Source of the DNA: Turneriella sp.
GTDB lineage: Bacteria > Spirochaetota > Leptospiria > Turneriellales > Turneriellaceae
Length of the DNA: 64,000 nucleotides
Reading direction: 5' to 3'
Assembly: GCA_965279515.1 (NCBI GenBank)
Contig: CBDIID010000003.1
Location: 2,208,001 to 2,272,000, forward strand
The position numbers were made by a program, and so were the translations under genes. Below are positions 59,686 to 64,000 of this stretch, in pieces. Within the stretch, counting starts at the first letter, position 1, and the number at the start of each line of letters is the position of its first letter. Under the pieces are notes generated by a model. That model searched no databases, had not been told where the DNA came from, and worked only from the letters and a program-made list of their open reading frames with translations.

Positions 59686-61317
59686 TTGAAAAAGGAACGC
59701 CGACGCGTCTGGGGATTAGTATTGATTCTGGTGGCTGCCTCCACCTTCACGGGCACAATTGCCTCCTTAATATTGTATCAGACAGCGCTCCGGGAAAAGT
59801 CCGATTTTCTGCTGATCGAGGTGCAGAACCTCGCGCGCCTCATTGGCGCCGTCGCCCGCTTTGACCGCAATACGTTCAGCGATGTCAGCAAGGCGACCAA
59901 GGCTACCCTCAGCCAGGTTGAAGATGCATTCAAGAGCCAGAATCCCGTAGGCGAAACCGGTGAAATCATGCTGGGCCGCAGCGAAGACAAAAAGATCGTT
60001 ATCTTTCTGCGTTACCGCGACCACCACCTGAACCAGAACCTCGTTCTGCCCCACGACAAAGCCCGTTCCGAGGCGATGGCGCGGGCACTGGCGGGTGAAA
60101 CCGGGGTCGGCCAGTTTCCCGACCTGAACGGAGAGCCTGTACTGGCGGCATATACCTACATTCCCTATCTTAAAACCGGGCTCGAGATAAAAATCGCCAT
60201 GGCCGAAATCGTCAAACCCTACTTGTGGAGCGGCTTTATGATCGCTCTCGCCAGTGGTGCGATGATCCTGTTTTGTATTTTTCTCTTCGTGCGCGTCAGC
60301 CGTCCCGTGCTTGCCGAGCTCGAGAAACACCGCATGCTCACCGAAGCGGTCGTCGAATCGGCGCAGGATATGATTATTACAACGGACGAGCAGGGCCTTA
60401 TCCGCCTCGTCAACCCGGCGACGCTCGAGGCGCTCGGTTATTCTGAAAACGAACTCATCGCCCGTGATTTTGCAATCCTGTTCGACCCCGAAGATGACAC
60501 GACGATGCAGACCATTGGCCGCATCCGCGATGAAAGTTTTGTTAACCGCCCGGACATCACAGTGTACCTGAAAAAAAAATCCGGTCCGCCGTTTCCCGCT
60601 TCGATCACTTCGGGTCGTAAACACCTCGCCGAGAACGGCATTATTACCATCGTCCTGCACGACCTGACGGCGCTCAAAGAAAGTGAAGATACGGTGCGGC
60701 ATCTCACGCACAAGATGATCGAAATTAAAGACGAAGAGCAGGATAAAATTTCGCGGGAACTACATGACACGCTGGGAACAAATCTCGGCTGGCTGAAACT
60801 GCAGGCGCAACAGCTGCTCAGGCACCTGCCCGACAAACGTGATGATGCCGCTGCGCTCATAACAGGTATTGACGAGACGATTGAAATGGCGCGCAGCATT
60901 TCACACTCCCTGAGCCCCATCGCCATCGAAAAACTGGGCCTCGTAACCATGCTCGAACGGCTGATCGAACGCGCGGCAAAGCTGACGCCGGCTTCGGTGA
61001 CGCTGCGGCACGAAAACCTCGATGTTGAGATTTCATCGCGTCTCAGCTTTCATATTTTCCGCATTGTGCAGGAATCCCTGAACAACGCCCTGCGCCATTC
61101 GCAGGCCACGAACATCTCTGTACTGTGCGGATGCAGCCGGAATAAACTCTCCCTCTGCATCGCCGATGATGGCCAGGGTTTCGATAGCGCGAAAAAAGCA
61201 TCGGGTCTGGGCCTTGCCCTGATTGCCGAACGCGTGCGGCTGCTGGGCGGCAAACTTAGCATCGACTCGGCGCCGGGTCGGGGAACGGAGGTGGCGATTG
61301 AGCTTGCCGTTGGTTAA
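59686..61317 (+). CDS. Membrane PAS-domain sensor histidine kinase (HisKA_3/NarX type)
   Basis: Two TMs, PAS, ISRELHD, RIVQESLNNALRH, DDGQGF, GLGL. Confidence 0.93.
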   Translation: MKKERRRVWGLVLILVAASTFTGTIASLILYQTALREKSDFLLIEVQNLARLIGAVARFDRNTFSDVSKATKATLSQVEDAFKSQNPVGETGEIMLGRSEDKKIVIFLRYRDHHLNQNLVLPHDKARSEAMARALAGETGVGQFPDLNGEPVLAAYTYIPYLKTGLEIKIAMAEIVKPYLWSGFMIALASGAMILFCIFLFVRVSRPVLAELEKHRMLTEAVVESAQDMIITTDEQGLIRLVNPATLEALGYSENELIARDFAILFDPEDDTTMQTIGRIRDESFVNRPDITVYLKKKSGPPFPASITSGRKHLAENGIITIVLHDLTALKESEDTVRHLTHKMIEIKDEEQDKISRELHDTLGTNLGWLKLQAQQLLRHLPDKRDDAAALITGIDETIEMARSISHSLSPIAIEKLGLVTMLERLIERAAKLTPASVTLRHENLDVEISSRLSFHIFRIVQESLNNALRHSQATNISVLCGCSRNKLSLCIADDGQGFDSAKKASGLGLALIAERVRLLGGKLSIDSAPGRGTEVAIELAVG

Positions 61318-61948
61318 GGCCCGGCTGATTCTCGCCGACGACCATGCCGTGTTCCGCGAGGGCATGAAACGTATGCTGGAAGATTCGGGATTTTTCAGTG
61401 TCGTGGCACAGGCCGGCGACGGCAAGACGTTGGCCGAAAAAGTGGCTTCGGTCGCCCACGATCTCGTGCTCACCGATCTTTCGATGCCGGGTGCCAACGG
61501 TTTCGAAGCGATCGAACTTGTGAAAAAGAGCTCTCCGCAATCCAAAATCGTGGTCCTGTCCATGCACAAGGACCGCGACCTCTTTAAGAAGGCTATCCAA
61601 CTCGGTATCGACGGCTACATACTGAAAGAAGATATCTTTGAGCAGATGATCCATTGCCTCAAGACGGTTGTGGCTGGTGAAAAATCTTTTTCGCCGCGCC
61701 TGACTAATTTCATTGCGACGGATTACGCGCTCGGGCAAACCGACGAACTCGCTTTTGAAATTCTGACGAAGCGTGAGCAGGAAATCTTACGGTTATTGGG
61801 CAAGGGGCAGAGCAACAAAGAAGTCGCCGGGTTTCTCGATCTCAGCGTGCGTACCGTCGAAACACACCGCGCCAGCATCATGCGCAAGATGGATTTCCAC
61901 AATATCCAGGAACTGGTGACGTACTGCGTGCGGAACAACCTCGATTAG
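61298..61948 (+). CDS. NarL-family response regulator
   Basis: GGAGG then TTG 61298; LADDHAVFREG, DLSMPG, LTKREQEIL...RTVETHR. Confidence 0.93.
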   Translation: MSLPLVKARLILADDHAVFREGMKRMLEDSGFFSVVAQAGDGKTLAEKVASVAHDLVLTDLSMPGANGFEAIELVKKSSPQSKIVVLSMHKDRDLFKKAIQLGIDGYILKEDIFEQMIHCLKTVVAGEKSFSPRLTNFIATDYALGQTDELAFEILTKREQEILRLLGKGQSNKEVAGFLDLSVRTVETHRASIMRKMDFHNIQELVTYCVRNNLD

Positions 61949-63108
61949 AATTTGTAACTCGTCGCAAGCCCCGTCACCAAGCGGTCGATCGGGGTCTGCG
62001 CGGTGATGTTGTAAATCGTGAATGCGTACGCGCCCCAGAGGCTGAGGGCGATATGCTCGTTCAGGGCCACGGCGTATTCGAGAAAACCGACATGGAGAAT
62101 CGTATCGAGCGTGTCGTGCAGCGGCACGTCGCGGAAAATCCACGAATAGGCGGCTTCGATGCGCATGTGTTTCGCAAAATGCCAGGTCAGCTCAATCGGT
62201 ATTGAATGCGTTCTCACAAAGAAGAGATCGCTGGAACCGGAAAACGCCGGGCGTTCCAAAAACCGGCGAAATTCGATCGAATAAGACAGGCTGAGCTCAA
62301 GCGTGTGGACAATTTCATGCGCCAGTGATATCTCGTAAGAATGCGCTGTCGAACTTGCTGGCAAGAGCCCCGCCTGCATGCCGACGTCGTTGTAAGAGCC
62401 CGTCGCGGAAAAACGCGCGTCCCATTTTTCCCAGGGCATCGCCATAAACGACAGGCGCGCCGAATAATTATTTACGTAGGTGGAGCGCGCAAAACTCTTC
62501 AGCGCCGCATACGATTGCCCGCTGCCAGGCCCGGCATAATTGGAATCTTCAAAATCGTCGTCCACATCGGTATTCGCCGATTCTGTCGCGCCGAGTTCAT
62601 TGTGGTGATCGGCCGCGGCGCTACCGTCATGGCTCGCCCCGGGCTCGAGTTCATGGAAGCCGTCATCTTCCGACGTATTCAGGATATTGGTCTGATCGTC
62701 GGCCGGATTGTTATTAAAGTACGGATTAAATTTGTGCGAGTAGTTGAGATCGAGCATGGTGCGGAAATCCCACTTGGACAAAATACCCGGCGTCCAGAGC
62801 GTATTGGCGTTAAAGCGGGGCATAACCTGCCAAACCTGGGCATTGAGGGGACGTCCCGATTGCCGGTAGGCGCTGTTGATGCCGCCATTCAGGCCGAATT
62901 TGAGATTTTTCGAACGCGAGATACTGTAGTGCACCCTGAGTTTGGTATCATTCACCACACCTTTATCACCCGCAGAAGGCGTATTGTTGAGGTTAGATTC
63001 ATAACCAGCCGCATTGACAACGATGATCCGGGGATTTTTCGCCTCGGCGGTTTCGGCGAAACAGAATGCGGGAATGATATAACAAAAACAGGTAAATAGC
63101 CGCCGCAT
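61945..63108 (-). CDS. Exported beta-barrel-like protein with acidic/His-rich loop
   Basis: Signal-like MRRLFTCF..., GYESN, alternating strands, C-terminal YKF. Confidence 0.65.
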   Translation of the reverse strand: MRRLFTCFCYIIPAFCFAETAEAKNPRIIVVNAAGYESNLNNTPSAGDKGVVNDTKLRVHYSISRSKNLKFGLNGGINSAYRQSGRPLNAQVWQVMPRFNANTLWTPGILSKWDFRTMLDLNYSHKFNPYFNNNPADDQTNILNTSEDDGFHELEPGASHDGSAAADHHNELGATESANTDVDDDFEDSNYAGPGSGQSYAALKSFARSTYVNNYSARLSFMAMPWEKWDARFSATGSYNDVGMQAGLLPASSTAHSYEISLAHEIVHTLELSLSYSIEFRRFLERPAFSGSSDLFFVRTHSIPIELTWHFAKHMRIEAAYSWIFRDVPLHDTLDTILHVGFLEYAVALNEHIALSLWGAYAFTIYNITAQTPIDRLVTGLATSYKF

Positions 63109-63159
63109 CGGGAAAGAGCTAAAATCTTGACGCGGCCATTTCGTCAATCACTCCGCCTT

Positions 63160-63807
63160 ATGGAATTTTTCATTGATACGGCGGATGTGAACGAAATCAA
63201 AACCGCCCACGAACTCGGTATTTTAGACGGCGTCACGACCAACCCGTCGCTTGTGGCAAAGACAGGCAAACCCTTCAAACAGGTCATCCGCGAAATCTGC
63301 GCAATCGTCGACGGCCCTGTTTCGGCCGAAGTCGTCGCGATAGAAAAAGATGCAATACTGAAAGAAGGCAGAGAACTTGCCAAGCTGGCAAAGAACGTCG
63401 TCGTGAAGGTGCCGCTGATTCCCGAGGGATTAAAAGCCGTGAAAGTTTTTTCGGCCGAAGGCATTAAAACCAACGTGACGCTCTGCTTCACTGCAAATCA
63501 GGCATTGCTCGCCGCAAAAGTCGGGGCGACTTACATCTCTCCCTTCATCGGCCGACTCGACGACATCAGCCAGGAAGGTATCGAACTCATCGAAGAAATC
63601 AAAACCATTTACGAGAATTACGATTTCTCCACAAAAGTCCTGGTTGCGAGCATACGCCATCCGATTCACCTCAAACAAGCCGCGCTCATCGGCGCAGACG
63701 TCGCCACGATTCCGTTCAGCGTCTTCGGGCAGTTGGTAAAACACCCGCTCACCGACTCGGGCCTCGAAAAATTTCTCGCCGACGCAAAAAAGTTTAACTG
63801 GGATTAA
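63160..63807 (+). CDS. fsa: Transaldolase / fructose-6-phosphate aldolase (TalC/Fsa family)
   Basis: [42 protein letters not shown]. Confidence 0.95.
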   Translation: MEFFIDTADVNEIKTAHELGILDGVTTNPSLVAKTGKPFKQVIREICAIVDGPVSAEVVAIEKDAILKEGRELAKLAKNVVVKVPLIPEGLKAVKVFSAEGIKTNVTLCFTANQALLAAKVGATYISPFIGRLDDISQEGIELIEEIKTIYENYDFSTKVLVASIRHPIHLKQAALIGADVATIPFSVFGQLVKHPLTDSGLEKFLADAKKFNWD

Positions 63808-63813
63808 TGTACT

Positions 63814-64000
63814 TTGGCCGTCGTTCTTTCCATTACAAACCAGAAAGGCGGCGTAGCTAAAACCACAACGGCGTTGTCGCTCGCGCATGCGTTCGCGCGC
63901 AAAGATCCGCAAAAGAAAATACTGCTGATCGATCTCGATTCGCAGCGCAATGCGACGTCGATTCTCCTGGGCGCGCAGGATATTCCGCCGGAAAAATCGG
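63814..64000 (+). CDS. ParA/Soj-family ATPase, 3'-partial (absent from the ORF track)
   Basis: TTG start gives MAVVLSITNQKGGVAKTTT...LLIDLDSQRNAT. Confidence 0.9.
   Translation, partial: MAVVLSITNQKGGVAKTTTALSLAHAFARKDPQKKILLIDLDSQRNATSILLGAQDIPPEKS

Noticed and set aside
1..64000. rRNA, tRNA, CRISPR arrays, transposases, integrases, phage or defence genes
   Set aside because: None recognised by eye; small RNAs could be missed without a covariance search.

Overview
A gene-dense chromosomal window of moderate GC content from a diderm bacterium. Gene content (spirochaete-style lipoproteins, a SpoIIE phosphatase, FecR/LysM and PilZ proteins, a Flavo-1-like RNA) suggests Leptospiraceae, possibly Turneriella-like; this is inference only. 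I saw no rRNA, tRNA, CRISPR array, transposase or prophage. The main blocks are: two NarL-type two-component pairs; two TetR regulators with readable palindromic operators; a flagellar rod-type gene; an FAD monooxygenase/FAH module; a MacAB-like ABC exporter; acs; a complete 2-aminoethylphosphonate (AEP) cluster (PEP mutase-cytidylyltransferase fusion, phosphonopyruvate decarboxylase, AEP transaminase, CDP-alcohol phosphotransferase, PAP2) facing an LtaS-family transferase; an orphan AcrB; rpmA; an adenylate cyclase; a CDGSH protein; two porins; a czcCBA-like metal-efflux locus with a duplicated czcA; transaldolase; and a partial parA. The most striking observation is two paralogous ~145-aa membrane-targeted ORFs, one before czcC and one before the second czcA. 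Both end in an identical SRYPIPPP motif encoded by mostly different synonymous codons, and those codons can base-pair with the Shine-Dalgarno sequence of the next gene. This is a candidate ribosome-arrest leader system. Other notable items are the phosphonolipid cluster, a symmetric bidirectional promoter/operator, a TetR box shared at two sites 9 kb apart, a small family of structured intergenic repeats, and a 21-aa coupled small ORF.
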